A DNA stretch of 64,000 nt, from assembly GCA_902764545.1 (NCBI GenBank), contig CACWWC010000003.1:162-64161 (forward strand). The letters are read 5' to 3'. Position 1 is the stretch's first letter. The number at the start of each line of letters is the position of its first letter. Source of the stretch: an uncultured Erysipelotrichaceae bacterium (GTDB taxonomy: Bacteria > Bacillota_I > Bacilli_A > RF39 > UBA660). The notes under the pieces were generated by a model. The model saw nothing but the letters and a program-made list of their open reading frames with translations. It made no database searches and had not been told where the DNA came from. Positions 30,579 through 40,715 of this stretch are shown here, in pieces. The translations under genes were made by a program, and so were the position numbers.

Positions 30579-31139
30579 ATGAATACTAGAAACGTCAAAC
30601 AATTAAAAGTATTAATATTTAGTTTAGTCACGATAATAACACTAGGTATTGGATATGTTGGAATAACTGCGATTAATTTAGTAATAAATGGAGATGCGAC
30701 TGCATCTGTAAATAATCAAAATTTCAATGTAAAGTTCTTGAGTGAAGAAAATGTTACTCCTACAATAACAGGTGAAGGTAATACTGTATCAGTGAAAGAT
30801 GATATAACTGCAAAATTTAGTGTATCAACTTTAACTGGTTTAGGTGATAGTGAGGTGGCAACATTTATAGTGAAGAATGAATCAAGTGGATTTGTAGTAG
30901 AGTTTGTTGATTGTATAACTGAGATGCAAATGAGAAATACGAATACAAATGTGGGAGGATATCCCGCAACACTAGTATTTGATTACCTAAATAATACATT
31001 ACTAGGACAATTACCAAGCGATTTACAAAGTGTAATAGAACCAACAAAGATGTATAATATTTATAATTATACGTCTTTTTCATTGTGCGAACATCTGTTT
31101 TATAGTATAATATATACAAATGGTGATTTATATGAATAG
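30579..31139 (+). pseudogene. Probable internally deleted, truncated surface-protein gene
   Basis: TM + beta-rich domain joined abruptly at ESSG|FVVEF to a fragment (TNVGGYPA...YLNN..L..LPSDLQSVI); the tail runs through the next promoter. Confidence 0.45.
31083..31111 (+). promoter_or_regulatory. SigA promoter with overlapping LexA (Cheo) box
   Basis: TTGTGC-17-TATAAT; CGAACATCTGTTTT at 31088-31101. Confidence 0.75.
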
Positions 31140-32616
31140 AGTATATATTTGTATTGATTTAAAAAGTTTTTATGCATCAGTCGAGTGTCAAGAGCGAGGT
31201 CTAGATCCTATGGATACTAATTTGGTAGTTGCAGATAAGTCCCGTACTGAAAAGACTATTTGTCTTGCTGTATCCCCATCCCTAAAGAAATTCGGTATAC
31301 CAGGTAGAGCAAGGCTTTTTGAAGTGGTACAAAAAATTAAAGAGGTTAATTTAGAAAGGAGAAAAAAGAATAAATATAAAAAGTTTAGTGGCAAGTCTTA
31401 TTCTGAAAAGGAATTAAATGCTAATTCTAATTTAGAACTTGATTATATAATAGCTCCTCCTCAAATGAAAAAATATATGAATTATAGTACTACTATTTAT
31501 GATGTATACTTAAAATATGTAGCACCAGAAGATATATACGCTTATTCCATAGATGAAGTGTTTTGTGATATTACTGCATACTTAAAAACTTATAAAATGA
31601 CTCCACGAGAAATGATAACTAAAATGATTCAGGATGTATATGAAACAACTGGAATAACTGCAACAGGCGGAATAGGAACAAACATGTATCTTGCAAAAAT
31701 TGCAATGGATATTGTGGCTAAACATATGGAGCCTAATAAATTTGGAGTTAGAATTGCAGGGCTTGATGAAATTACATATAGAAAACTATTGTGGGCACAT
31801 AAGCCAATTACAAGCTTTTGGCGAGTAGGAAAGGGTATTGCTAAACGCCTTGCTGATAACAATATGTATACCATGGGAGATGTTGCCAGAAAATCACTAG
31901 AAGACGAAGAGTTGCTTTATAAACTATTTGGAGTTAACGCAGAATATTTAATTGATCATGCCTGGGGCTGGGAACCATGCACCATGAAGGAAGTTAAAAA
32001 CTTTAAACCAAAAATAAATAGTCTATCAGAAGGTCAAGTGCTTCACAAACCATATGATTATGAACATACTAAATTAATTGTTAAAGAAATGACTGATAAT
32101 TTATCATTTGCACTTACTAGCAAAAACTTTGTAACAGATCAGTTAGTGTTAGAAATAGGATATGACACAGAAAATATAAAATTCTACAAAGGAGAAATAA
32201 CGGAAGATAGATATGGCAGGAAAATCCCTAAACATGCCCATGGAACAATTAGAATTGATCATAAAACATCTTCATCTAAAATACTAAGAGAGCACGCGAT
32301 TAAACTATTTGATCAAATTATTAATAAAAAATTATTAGTCAGAAGAATTTATGTAATAGCAGGAAATATAATAAGTAAAGATAAGGCTCAAAAAGAAAAA
32401 GTGTATGAGCAAATAGATTTGTTTACAAATTATGAAGCAGAAGATAGAAAAAAAACAAAAGAAAAACAAGAGGAAGAAAAAGATAACAATTTACAAGAAG
32501 CACTAATAAATATTAAAAATAAGTATGGTAAAAATGCCATATTAAAAGGGATGAATTTAGAAGAGGGAGGAACTGCAATTGAAAGAAATGGGCAAGTTGG
32601 AGGACACAAGGGCTAA
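31132..32616 (+). CDS. Y-family translesion DNA polymerase (UmuC/ImpB/UvrX-like)
   Basis: CIDLKSFYASVEC, YSIDE, GIGTNMYLAK, FWRVGKG, QIDLF clamp-binding motif. Confidence 0.93.
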   Translation: MNRVYICIDLKSFYASVECQERGLDPMDTNLVVADKSRTEKTICLAVSPSLKKFGIPGRARLFEVVQKIKEVNLERRKKNKYKKFSGKSYSEKELNANSNLELDYIIAPPQMKKYMNYSTTIYDVYLKYVAPEDIYAYSIDEVFCDITAYLKTYKMTPREMITKMIQDVYETTGITATGGIGTNMYLAKIAMDIVAKHMEPNKFGVRIAGLDEITYRKLLWAHKPITSFWRVGKGIAKRLADNNMYTMGDVARKSLEDEELLYKLFGVNAEYLIDHAWGWEPCTMKEVKNFKPKINSLSEGQVLHKPYDYEHTKLIVKEMTDNLSFALTSKNFVTDQLVLEIGYDTENIKFYKGEITEDRYGRKIPKHAHGTIRIDHKTSSSKILREHAIKLFDQIINKKLLVRRIYVIAGNIISKDKAQKEKVYEQIDLFTNYEAEDRKKTKEKQEEEKDNNLQEALINIKNKYGKNAILKGMNLEEGGTAIERNGQVGGHKG

Positions 32617-33013
32617 GTTTCCTTATGAAGATATCTTATATTTAGAACATCCGGAACCAAAAAACCATAAAAGACAACCTAAAGAAATGAGAGCGGGCCA
32701 ATTTTCACCGTTTGCGGCCTTAACAGGATATGGGGAGCAGGTAAAGGAGACAGAAAGATATACAAGTGGTCAAATATTTCTTGATGAAGAAAGAAAAGAT
32801 ATACTAGATCAAACAATAAGTATGTTAAAAGAAAAATCATCAAAAATTGTAATTACATATTTTTCTAAAGATGAAAAAAAACAAGGGGGAGAATATCTAG
32901 AAAAACAAGGGACACTAAAAAAAATAGATAGATATAGAAAAGAAATAATATTCACAGACAATACAAGAATAAAAATTGACAGTATTGTAAATATTAATGT
33001 AAATAAATTATAA
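32588..33013 (+). CDS. YolD-like protein
   Basis: YEDI..L.HP...RAGQFSPFAALTGY; ITYF..D.KK.GG.Y; follows the Y-polymerase. Confidence 0.85.
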   Translation: MGKLEDTRAKFPYEDILYLEHPEPKNHKRQPKEMRAGQFSPFAALTGYGEQVKETERYTSGQIFLDEERKDILDQTISMLKEKSSKIVITYFSKDEKKQGGEYLEKQGTLKKIDRYRKEIIFTDNTRIKIDSIVNINVNKL

Positions 33014-33053
33014 TAATTATAAATAATTTGATATACTAATAATGGTGATGTAT

Positions 33054-33956
33054 ATGGATTCTAATTTAGTTATAGAAAGAGAAAAACCATATATAGACGA
33101 TATATGTAATAGATATGGTTATGATAGTAATATAAGACATCTTTTATATATTATTATTCCAGCATTCATTATAAAATATGGAATAAAGAAAGAACAATTA
33201 GTTTTAAATACATTTAAAAATATCAAAATCATTATTAGTGAGAAAAAAGATCAATATATTAAAGCTTACTACTCCTCAAGACCAATATTTGAACAAAATA
33301 AGTATAAAACTGTAAAAGTGATGGTAATTCAAAATTATGAAAAAATATCTTTAATAAATCTATTAGACAATCTAGTACATGAATTTAATCATGCAATTAA
33401 CTCCGAAGTAAATGAAATAAAAGAAACAAAGAATTATCTATATCTAAGAACCGGGTTAACATATCGTCTTTATAAGAAAAATCCGCTTAGTTTTATAAGA
33501 AAAGACACATCATATATATTAGAAGAAATAATAAATACCAAGCAAACAGAAGAAATAATCGATATTATTAAATCTTTTAAACCAGCAAACAGTGAAATTA
33601 GTAATACAATATATGCGATTAATAATGAGACAAATCATAAATATAATTCTCAGTCATATTATTTAGAGAGTTACTCTTGCAAGAAAATATTAGAAAACAA
33701 AACTTTTATAAATACTTTAGCAAATCTAAGATTAAATGGAGAGGTATATGAAATAGCAAAATGGTTTGATGATATAGTTGGTAGAGAAGGAACGTATAAA
33801 GAATTGATACTCTTATTAAAAGAAATAAATGAATTAGAGTTAGAATATGCAAACAGGAAAATATTTAAGAGTATTATTTTTAATAAAATAAAATCAACAT
33901 CAAATAAAATTATGAGAATAGTTGAAAAATTTGATAGAAGTGTAAATTATAGGTAA
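33054..33956 (+). CDS. Hypothetical HEXXH metallopeptidase-like protein
   Basis: LVHEFNHA ... ILEEIIN (possible third ligand). Confidence 0.6.
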   Translation: MDSNLVIEREKPYIDDICNRYGYDSNIRHLLYIIIPAFIIKYGIKKEQLVLNTFKNIKIIISEKKDQYIKAYYSSRPIFEQNKYKTVKVMVIQNYEKISLINLLDNLVHEFNHAINSEVNEIKETKNYLYLRTGLTYRLYKKNPLSFIRKDTSYILEEIINTKQTEEIIDIIKSFKPANSEISNTIYAINNETNHKYNSQSYYLESYSCKKILENKTFINTLANLRLNGEVYEIAKWFDDIVGREGTYKELILLLKEINELELEYANRKIFKSIIFNKIKSTSNKIMRIVEKFDRSVNYR

Positions 33957-33965
33957 GGTGACATT

Positions 33966-35315
33966 ATGAATGAAAAGTTTAATAAATATAGAGAAAATTA
34001 TCAAGAGTTTATCTATAGGTCATATAAGTACAATATAGATGATAATTTAAATATTGAATATGACTTTGAAATACCTGGATTAGAAACATTTAATCCTAAG
34101 ATAATTATTCCAAAAAAGTATATAACTAATAACTATAATAATGAATATTTAGACTATCTAATATTTAATATAGGATTAATTGAACTAATAAGTTATGTAA
34201 AATGTACTTGCTCTAAAAAGATAATTATAGAAGCATCATATATTAATGAAGAACAAATTAAATTTTTAAGTAAGCTATATTATAACGGGCTAGGAGAATT
34301 ATTATATACAAATGGTATTAATATAAATCAAGATGACTTATTTGAAATTATATGTACTCATAAACAGTTTGAACTACCAAAAATCAATTATGAAGGAAAA
34401 GGTAATTTAATATGTGTAGGTGGTGGTAAAGATTCTTGTGTGTCACTAGAATTATTAAAAGAACAAGAAAATAATTCATGTTTATTGATAAATCCAAAAA
34501 CGCCATCTTTGGAATGCAGTAAAATCGCAGGATATAAAGATGATGAGATTATCAAAGTTCAAAGAATTCTTGATAGAAAAATAATTGATTTAAATAATAA
34601 AGGATTTTTAAATGGACATACGCCATTTTCTTCACTAGTAGCTTTCATTTCATATTTAGTAGCCTATTTATCAGGAAAACGAAATATTATCTTATCAAAT
34701 GAATCAAGCGCAAACGAGTCAACAGTAATCGGTACAAACATTAATCATCAATATTCTAAAACATATGAATTTGAATGTGACTTTAGAGAGTATGCAAGTA
34801 AATATTTAAAACTTGATATTAATTACTTCAGCTTATTAAGAGGGCTATCAGAGTTTAATATTTCAATGTTATTTTCACATTATGAAAAGTATCATATGGC
34901 ATTTAAAAGCTGCAATTTAGGTAGTAAAGAAAAAGAATGGATTTGGTGCTGTAACTGTTCGAAATGCCTATTTATATACATTATTTTAAGCCCTTTTCTA
35001 GATAAGGATAGGTTAATGAAAATATTTGGAGAAGATCTATATGAAAGAAAAGATTTATTAAATATCTTTCAAGAAATATTAGGATACTCAGAAACAAAAC
35101 CATTTGAATGTGTGGGAACATATGAAGAAGCAAGATATGCTGTGAGTTTAGTTATAGAAAGTTATAAAGGAGAATTACCATACTTATTAAAGTATTATAA
35201 AGATAACTATCCAAAAGAGCTATATAAAACAGAAATACAAAAATATAACAATAAGAATAATCTAACAGAATACTATGATAAATTAGTTAGAAGAGAGTTG
35301 AAAAAGTTTGAATAA
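33966..35315 (+). CDS. murL: UDP-MurNAc-L-Ala-L-Glu epimerase
   Basis: GGGKDS PP-loop, NGHTPFS, SNESSA, NHQYSK, SCN, WCCNCSKC, KPFECVG; next to a MurD. Confidence 0.85.
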   Translation: MNEKFNKYRENYQEFIYRSYKYNIDDNLNIEYDFEIPGLETFNPKIIIPKKYITNNYNNEYLDYLIFNIGLIELISYVKCTCSKKIIIEASYINEEQIKFLSKLYYNGLGELLYTNGININQDDLFEIICTHKQFELPKINYEGKGNLICVGGGKDSCVSLELLKEQENNSCLLINPKTPSLECSKIAGYKDDEIIKVQRILDRKIIDLNNKGFLNGHTPFSSLVAFISYLVAYLSGKRNIILSNESSANESTVIGTNINHQYSKTYEFECDFREYASKYLKLDINYFSLLRGLSEFNISMLFSHYEKYHMAFKSCNLGSKEKEWIWCCNCSKCLFIYIILSPFLDKDRLMKIFGEDLYERKDLLNIFQEILGYSETKPFECVGTYEEARYAVSLVIESYKGELPYLLKYYKDNYPKELYKTEIQKYNNKNNLTEYYDKLVRRELKKFE

Positions 35316-36405
35316 TAAAAGAAATAATGAACTAAAAGAATTATTAGAAAAATTCAAAGTAGATAAAACTGCAATTAATATAATTCGTTCGAAGTATCAG
35401 CCTAGAGAAGTATTTAAAGTTGCCATAGAAGAAAAAATGGATGATGTTATTTATATGTTATTTCATCCAATAAAAATTGGTGATGAATATATAATTGCAT
35501 ATGACTTTTATAGTATCCTTTCAGGTACTTTAGATTATGAAGAAAGACAATATCTAGAAAGGATGCCCAGTAAAATAGACATACCGGATGATAATATTCG
35601 AAAGGTTAAATTAAAAAATTCATTAGCACGAGAGATATCAGGATGGAGTCACCCAATAAATGATGAAAAAGGAGTTGCCTACTACGCAGAACCGGCATGT
35701 CTGGATACAATGCTATATCTTTACAGAAATAATATAACAACAACAATGAATGATACCGAATGCGTATATGGCGATCATCAAGAAAAAGGAATATGCACAG
35801 TTTGGTTCTTATATGAGACCTTAAGTGATGAAAATAAAGAAATAGCTCATAGATTAATTAGAGATGGATTTGCTAAGTTTATAGAAAATGAGAAGAAAAA
35901 AACAATATCAATATACGTCCAATGTAGTGAAGATGACACAATTCAAGATGTGAGTGATAAACTATTAAATATTGCAAAGAAATTTAAAAAGCAAATTAAT
36001 CTAAAAGGTCTATTAACTGAAGATGAATTAATAAACATATTGGTTAACCCAGTAAGAAGCTCCCTTTACAATGATACAATGATTCCTAACTCATCCGAAA
36101 GTTTTATAGAATTATTCTATTCATATATAGATGAAGGACTACTTAGAACAGTAGAATTATCAGATGATGATTATACCTATGAAACTGAAAATATATATGT
36201 TCAAACAGAAGATGAAAAAATATATTCTATTATTGATTTTATAAAAATAATCAAAGAATTAAGACCTGAATCTTTTGAGGATATGTTAGAAAGGATGTCA
36301 ATATATCACGATAATAAAGAAGATAATTATTGGTTGACGGAAAAAGACTACAAAAATTACATCAATAGTAAAAAACAATTAGCAATAAGTGAAAATCATA
36401 AATAA
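35308..36405 (+). CDS. Hypothetical protein between murL and murD
   Basis: 365-aa ORF, TTG start overlapping the murL stop; no confident motif. Confidence 0.7.
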   Translation: MNNKRNNELKELLEKFKVDKTAINIIRSKYQPREVFKVAIEEKMDDVIYMLFHPIKIGDEYIIAYDFYSILSGTLDYEERQYLERMPSKIDIPDDNIRKVKLKNSLAREISGWSHPINDEKGVAYYAEPACLDTMLYLYRNNITTTMNDTECVYGDHQEKGICTVWFLYETLSDENKEIAHRLIRDGFAKFIENEKKKTISIYVQCSEDDTIQDVSDKLLNIAKKFKKQINLKGLLTEDELINILVNPVRSSLYNDTMIPNSSESFIELFYSYIDEGLLRTVELSDDDYTYETENIYVQTEDEKIYSIIDFIKIIKELRPESFEDMLERMSIYHDNKEDNYWLTEKDYKNYINSKKQLAISENHK

Positions 36406-36422
36406 AAGAGAGATGAATTAAT

Positions 36423-37781
36423 ATGTATAAACAAATAATAAATAAACTCAAAGATAAAAAAATAGCTATCCTAGGTTTTGGTAAAGAAGGAAAGTCAACA
36501 TATAATTTTATAAGAAGATATCTTAATAAGAAAAAATTAACTATTATTGATAAAGTAAAGCAAGAAATAAATGATGAATATGTAGATATTATATCAGGAG
36601 AAAATTACCTAGAAGGCTTATACAAATATGATTTAATTATTAAAAGCCCAGGCATTACACTAAAAGATATAGATATTAGCAATTTCAAAGATAGAATAAC
36701 ATCACAATTAGAACTTGTACTAGAAGTTTATAGAAAGAATATAATTGGAATTACAGGAACAAAAGGTAAAAGTACAACAACATCTCTAATTTATGAAATA
36801 ATAAAAGATCAAAGAGATAAAGTATTTATACTAGGAAATATTGGGAATCCATTGCTTGACAGAGTAGAAGAATATGACGAAAATTCAATTCTAGTAATTG
36901 AAATGAGTTCAGATCAATTAGAGTTTGTTGATAAGAGCCCTCATATAGCAATCATATTAAATTTATTTGAAGATCACTTAGATCACGCGGGGACAATTGA
37001 ACACTACCATGATAGTAAAATGAATATTTTCAAATATCAGGATGAGAATGATTATTGTATTTATTCAGATGATAATTATTATTTGCGCCAAAGAATGGAA
37101 TCGTCCCAATATAAAGGAATAAAATATAACATTAGATTTGATTATGAGAATTTAAATCAAAATAGTGTAAGAATAAAAGATAAAGAGGTTTATTTAAATA
37201 ATGAGTTATTGTATACAGATGATGAAAGAAAATTAATCGGAGATCACAATTTAAAAAATATAATGTTTGCATTAACAGTAGCTAAAATTATGAACTTGAA
37301 TCTAGATAAAGCAAATAAAATAATAAAAGAATTTAAAGGTTTAAAATACAGAATGGAATGCATAGGTACTTATGATGATATTACATATTATAATGATACT
37401 ATTGCAACAGTACCATCCGCAACAATTAGTGCAATTACATCAATCAAAAACGTAGATACATTAATATTTGGCGGTATGGATAGAAAAATTGACTATACAG
37501 AACTTATAGATTATTTAAAAAACTCAGATATTTCAAATTTAGTATGTATGCCAACAACTGGCACAAAAATTGGGAAAATACTTGAATTAGAAACTAATAA
37601 AAATATTTTTTATACAGATTCATTAGAAGAAGCATATGATATAGCTAAAGAGAAAACAAAAAAAGGATACAGCTGTCTATTATCTCCAGCAGCATCAAGC
37701 TATGAATATTTTAAAAACTTTGAAGAAAAAGGAAAATATTTTGAAAATATTGTGAAAAAAAATAATTTTTCAAACAAATAG
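36423..37781 (+). CDS. murD: UDP-MurNAc-L-Ala:glutamate ligase, likely L-Glu-adding MurD2
   Basis: ILGFGKEG, KSPGI, GITGTKGKSTT, GNIG.P, EMSS.QL, DHLD, NDTIAT, LLSPAASSY. Confidence 0.9.
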   Translation: MYKQIINKLKDKKIAILGFGKEGKSTYNFIRRYLNKKKLTIIDKVKQEINDEYVDIISGENYLEGLYKYDLIIKSPGITLKDIDISNFKDRITSQLELVLEVYRKNIIGITGTKGKSTTTSLIYEIIKDQRDKVFILGNIGNPLLDRVEEYDENSILVIEMSSDQLEFVDKSPHIAIILNLFEDHLDHAGTIEHYHDSKMNIFKYQDENDYCIYSDDNYYLRQRMESSQYKGIKYNIRFDYENLNQNSVRIKDKEVYLNNELLYTDDERKLIGDHNLKNIMFALTVAKIMNLNLDKANKIIKEFKGLKYRMECIGTYDDITYYNDTIATVPSATISAITSIKNVDTLIFGGMDRKIDYTELIDYLKNSDISNLVCMPTTGTKIGKILELETNKNIFYTDSLEEAYDIAKEKTKKGYSCLLSPAASSYEYFKNFEEKGKYFENIVKKNNFSNK

Positions 37782-37833
37782 TTTACTAAATTAAAACATT
37801 TTAATATAATATATGCCATTAGGGGGCATTAGT

Positions 37834-39501
37834 ATGGCAGAAAAATATGTCGCAACAATAATGAAAAGAATATATTCAAAAGATAGGAATTATTTATATG
37901 TAGTTAGTCATCCAGCAATCGGTACTGTTGACGAAGAAACTAATATTTTTAAAGATGTTTATGGCAATGAATATCTTCCTATGCAAGATAAAAATCTTTT
38001 ATTAAGTGAGATAACAGATGCATATTATAATATAATAGAGCTATCAAGAATTAAAGATTACATGCAAGCTGATAGTATAGAAGAGGCAATTTCAGAATAT
38101 GCAACAGTCTATGGGAGAATATTACACTATGTCACAACAGAGAATGAAATGAGTATGAATATCAGATTAAATCTAGATATGTTAAAAAATGGTGCAATAG
38201 AAGGAATGATGCACCAAGCAAATATAAATGTTCCAAAAGATACTCCTGAAGAAACAGAAAATGAAGCTGAAGAGGTAATTCCAAGAATATTATTAGGAAG
38301 CGAGATAAGCGAAGAAGTTACAGATTTCATACAAGAAATAGTAGAAGGTGAGTATAGTACAAGAGATTTAAAAACAATCAAAGATATTGTTAAAAATCAG
38401 AAAGTTGAAATAGAAAGTTTACTTGAAACCATAGACTTACAACTTGAAGCAAACGACTCCTCAGTTCTAAGTGATGATAAACCACCTGAAATTACAAATC
38501 ATATTGATATAAATGATATATACAAAAAGGTAACAAAAACATTAATTGCACAAGATGAACCAGCACGAAGAGTTATTGTAGAGATTGCCAGAAAACTTCA
38601 AAGTCAAAATATCAATAAAAGAGGACTACTGGTTACAGGGCTTACCGGAGTAGGTAAAACTAAGCTGATAACTTTGATAGCGAAATATATTAACAGACCA
38701 TTTATAAAAATAGACTCAACTAGATTAACATCAGTGGGGTATGTAGGAGATGATATAGAGGAGAAACTATGGGAATTATACATATCATGCGATAGAGACA
38801 TTAATAGGACAGAAAACGCTATTGTTTTCTTTGATGAAATTGATAAGAAGGGATCCAGCAGAAAAGATGATATTGCTGGTACGGCTGTATTAAATTCATT
38901 GTTGCCATTTATTGAAGGCTCATCATATTATGCAACTCCAGATGTAAAGACAAAAAAAGAAGTTGTTAAAATCAACACGAAAAATATGATTGTAATACTT
39001 GGTGGAGCTTTTGAAGATGTGTATAAAAATCTGAAAAATAAAACTGAAGTAGGTTTTGGAAGAGATATAGATAGTAATCAAAAGGATAGAAAAGCTAAAG
39101 TAGAAGACTTTATTAATAATGCAATGATGACTGGTGAATTAATGGGAAGAGTATCTATTATTAAACTAAATGATTTAGAAATTAATGATTTAAAAAGAAT
39201 ATTAAATGAATCAGATGAATCAGCCATAAAAATTCAAGAAAAATTATTTGAAGAACTAGGCGTAAAATTAACCGTAGGAAGTGACTACATTGAAGAAATT
39301 GCTACACAAGCATATGAAAGAAAAACAGGCGTAAGAGGAATTAATAATGTTGTAGACGAATCAACATGGGAGGCTTATGCAGACGTATATTCAAATGTTG
39401 GTCAGTATGAAGAAATTGTTTTAAGTAAAGAAACGGTAGACAATCCAAAACAATATAAAAAGATATATAAAACAAAAAAAGAAGGAAGACTCAATGCATA
39501 G
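37834..39501 (+). CDS. ClpX-like AAA+ ATPase with an atypical N-terminal region
   Basis: GLTGVGKT, GYVG pore loop, FFDEIDK, VGFG (IGF-like loop), GVRG; no C4 zinc finger. Confidence 0.85.
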   Translation: MAEKYVATIMKRIYSKDRNYLYVVSHPAIGTVDEETNIFKDVYGNEYLPMQDKNLLLSEITDAYYNIIELSRIKDYMQADSIEEAISEYATVYGRILHYVTTENEMSMNIRLNLDMLKNGAIEGMMHQANINVPKDTPEETENEAEEVIPRILLGSEISEEVTDFIQEIVEGEYSTRDLKTIKDIVKNQKVEIESLLETIDLQLEANDSSVLSDDKPPEITNHIDINDIYKKVTKTLIAQDEPARRVIVEIARKLQSQNINKRGLLVTGLTGVGKTKLITLIAKYINRPFIKIDSTRLTSVGYVGDDIEEKLWELYISCDRDINRTENAIVFFDEIDKKGSSRKDDIAGTAVLNSLLPFIEGSSYYATPDVKTKKEVVKINTKNMIVILGGAFEDVYKNLKNKTEVGFGRDIDSNQKDRKAKVEDFINNAMMTGELMGRVSIIKLNDLEINDLKRILNESDESAIKIQEKLFEELGVKLTVGSDYIEEIATQAYERKTGVRGINNVVDESTWEAYADVYSNVGQYEEIVLSKETVDNPKQYKKIYKTKKEGRLNA

Positions 39502-39530
39502 AGATATTCCCTCTTTTTTTAAAAAAAGTA

Positions 39531-39559
39531 TTGCATTTTATTTTTTAATTTGATACAAT
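39531..39559 (+). promoter_or_regulatory. SigA promoter of tRNA-Met
   Basis: TTGCAT-17-TACAAT with TG extension. Confidence 0.65.
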
Positions 39560-39578
39560 CTAAATGCACGTGATAAAT

Positions 39579-39655
39579 GGCGCTGTAGCTCAGTTGGCTA
39601 GAGCAATCGGTTCATACCCGATAGGTCGTGAGTTCGAATCTCTCCGGCGCTACCA
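39579..39655 (+). tRNA. tRNA-Met(CAT), elongator type
   Basis: GGCGCTGTAGCTCAG...ATCGG-TTCATAC-CCGAT...GTTCGAATC...ACCA; paired 1-72 position. Confidence 0.92.
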
Positions 39656-39665
39656 TATTGATAGA

Positions 39666-39693
39666 AAACTCGAACTATTATAGTCCGAGTTTT
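39666..39693 (+). terminator. Intrinsic terminator after tRNA-Met
   Basis: AAAACTCG.ACTA/TAGT.CGAGTTTT. Confidence 0.65.
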
Positions 39694-39729
39694 AATATAC
39701 ATAAATTTATAGTAGAATATTTATATATA

Positions 39730-39751
39730 TAAATTGACATATGTCAATTTA
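39730..39751. repeat. Perfect 22-bp palindrome, possible operator
   Basis: TAAATTGACATATGTCAATTTA. Confidence 0.8.
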
Positions 39752-39797
39752 GAAACACACTTGCATAATGACAATGTTATTATAATGGGAGATAATT

Positions 39798-40498
39798 ATG
39801 AATAAATATAAACTAAGTACTGAGGACATAAATAAAAATTATTTTCATTTTACAAAAAAGAAAAATTTAAGTTCTATAAACGATAAAGGTTTAATACCTA
39901 AAATAGGTTTTCATGCACAAGCAATTGAAAAAACAAAAAAGTATTTTTTGTAGAAGGGCTAGATAATTTAATATACTTACTTGATTGTTGGATTAATGTT
40001 TGTGAAAAATATCCACATATACCAGGCTTTTTCAATATTGAAAGCGTTATAATGAGATACAAATGGTTTCCAAAATCAATTATATATGCATATTTTAAAT
40101 ATACAGAGATAAATAAAATACATAGGTTTGTAGCGTATAAATATTTTGATAATTTTTTAAAGAATTTTACATTATTAAATATAAATATTAGAGATGGAAT
40201 AGACTTTAGTTATGAAGATATAGATCAAATTAAAAATAAGCATTATCGTAAAGAGTATTTAATAAAAGCTGGTTATTCCCCTTTATATTCTGATCTAGAA
40301 TCGGTAAAGATGGATAAATGGAATATGCATACATTTTCTAATCATGGTGTTGATAAAGACAAGATAAAAACATGCTATATCAATAATTCTTCTAGCATGT
40401 TTGATATATTAATGTTTGCGATAAAAAATACAAACATTAATATAAAAGATACATGCCCTGTTCTTTTTGGATATTTAAAAAGTAGAAAATTAATATAA
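39798..40498 (+). pseudogene. ADP-ribosyltransferase-fold-like gene split by a -1 frameshift
   Basis: MNKYKL...YFHFTKKKNLSSINDKGLIPKIG..EKTK; the -1 frame at A_AAA_AAG (39935-39941) continues VFFVEG... into the 40052-40498 ORF (WNMHTF). Confidence 0.65.
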
Positions 40499-40715
40499 AG
40501 CTATAGTTTCGGAAAAAACTATTAAAAATTTATGAGAAAAGAGGCAATAATGCAGCTTTAGTTAAAGACGTTATGTATAATTTTGATAATTGGAGTAGAA
40601 ACCAGAAGGATTATAGTTATTCGATAGTTGTTCTAGATAAGGACAAATACCTTGAAGATTTACTATTAGAAAAAGGATTAATAAACAATAGTTAACATAA
40701 AGGAGAAATATAATT

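Noticed and set aside
30579-31139. Diversity-generating retroelement target
   Set aside because: No reverse transcriptase and no template/variable repeat pair seen in the window.
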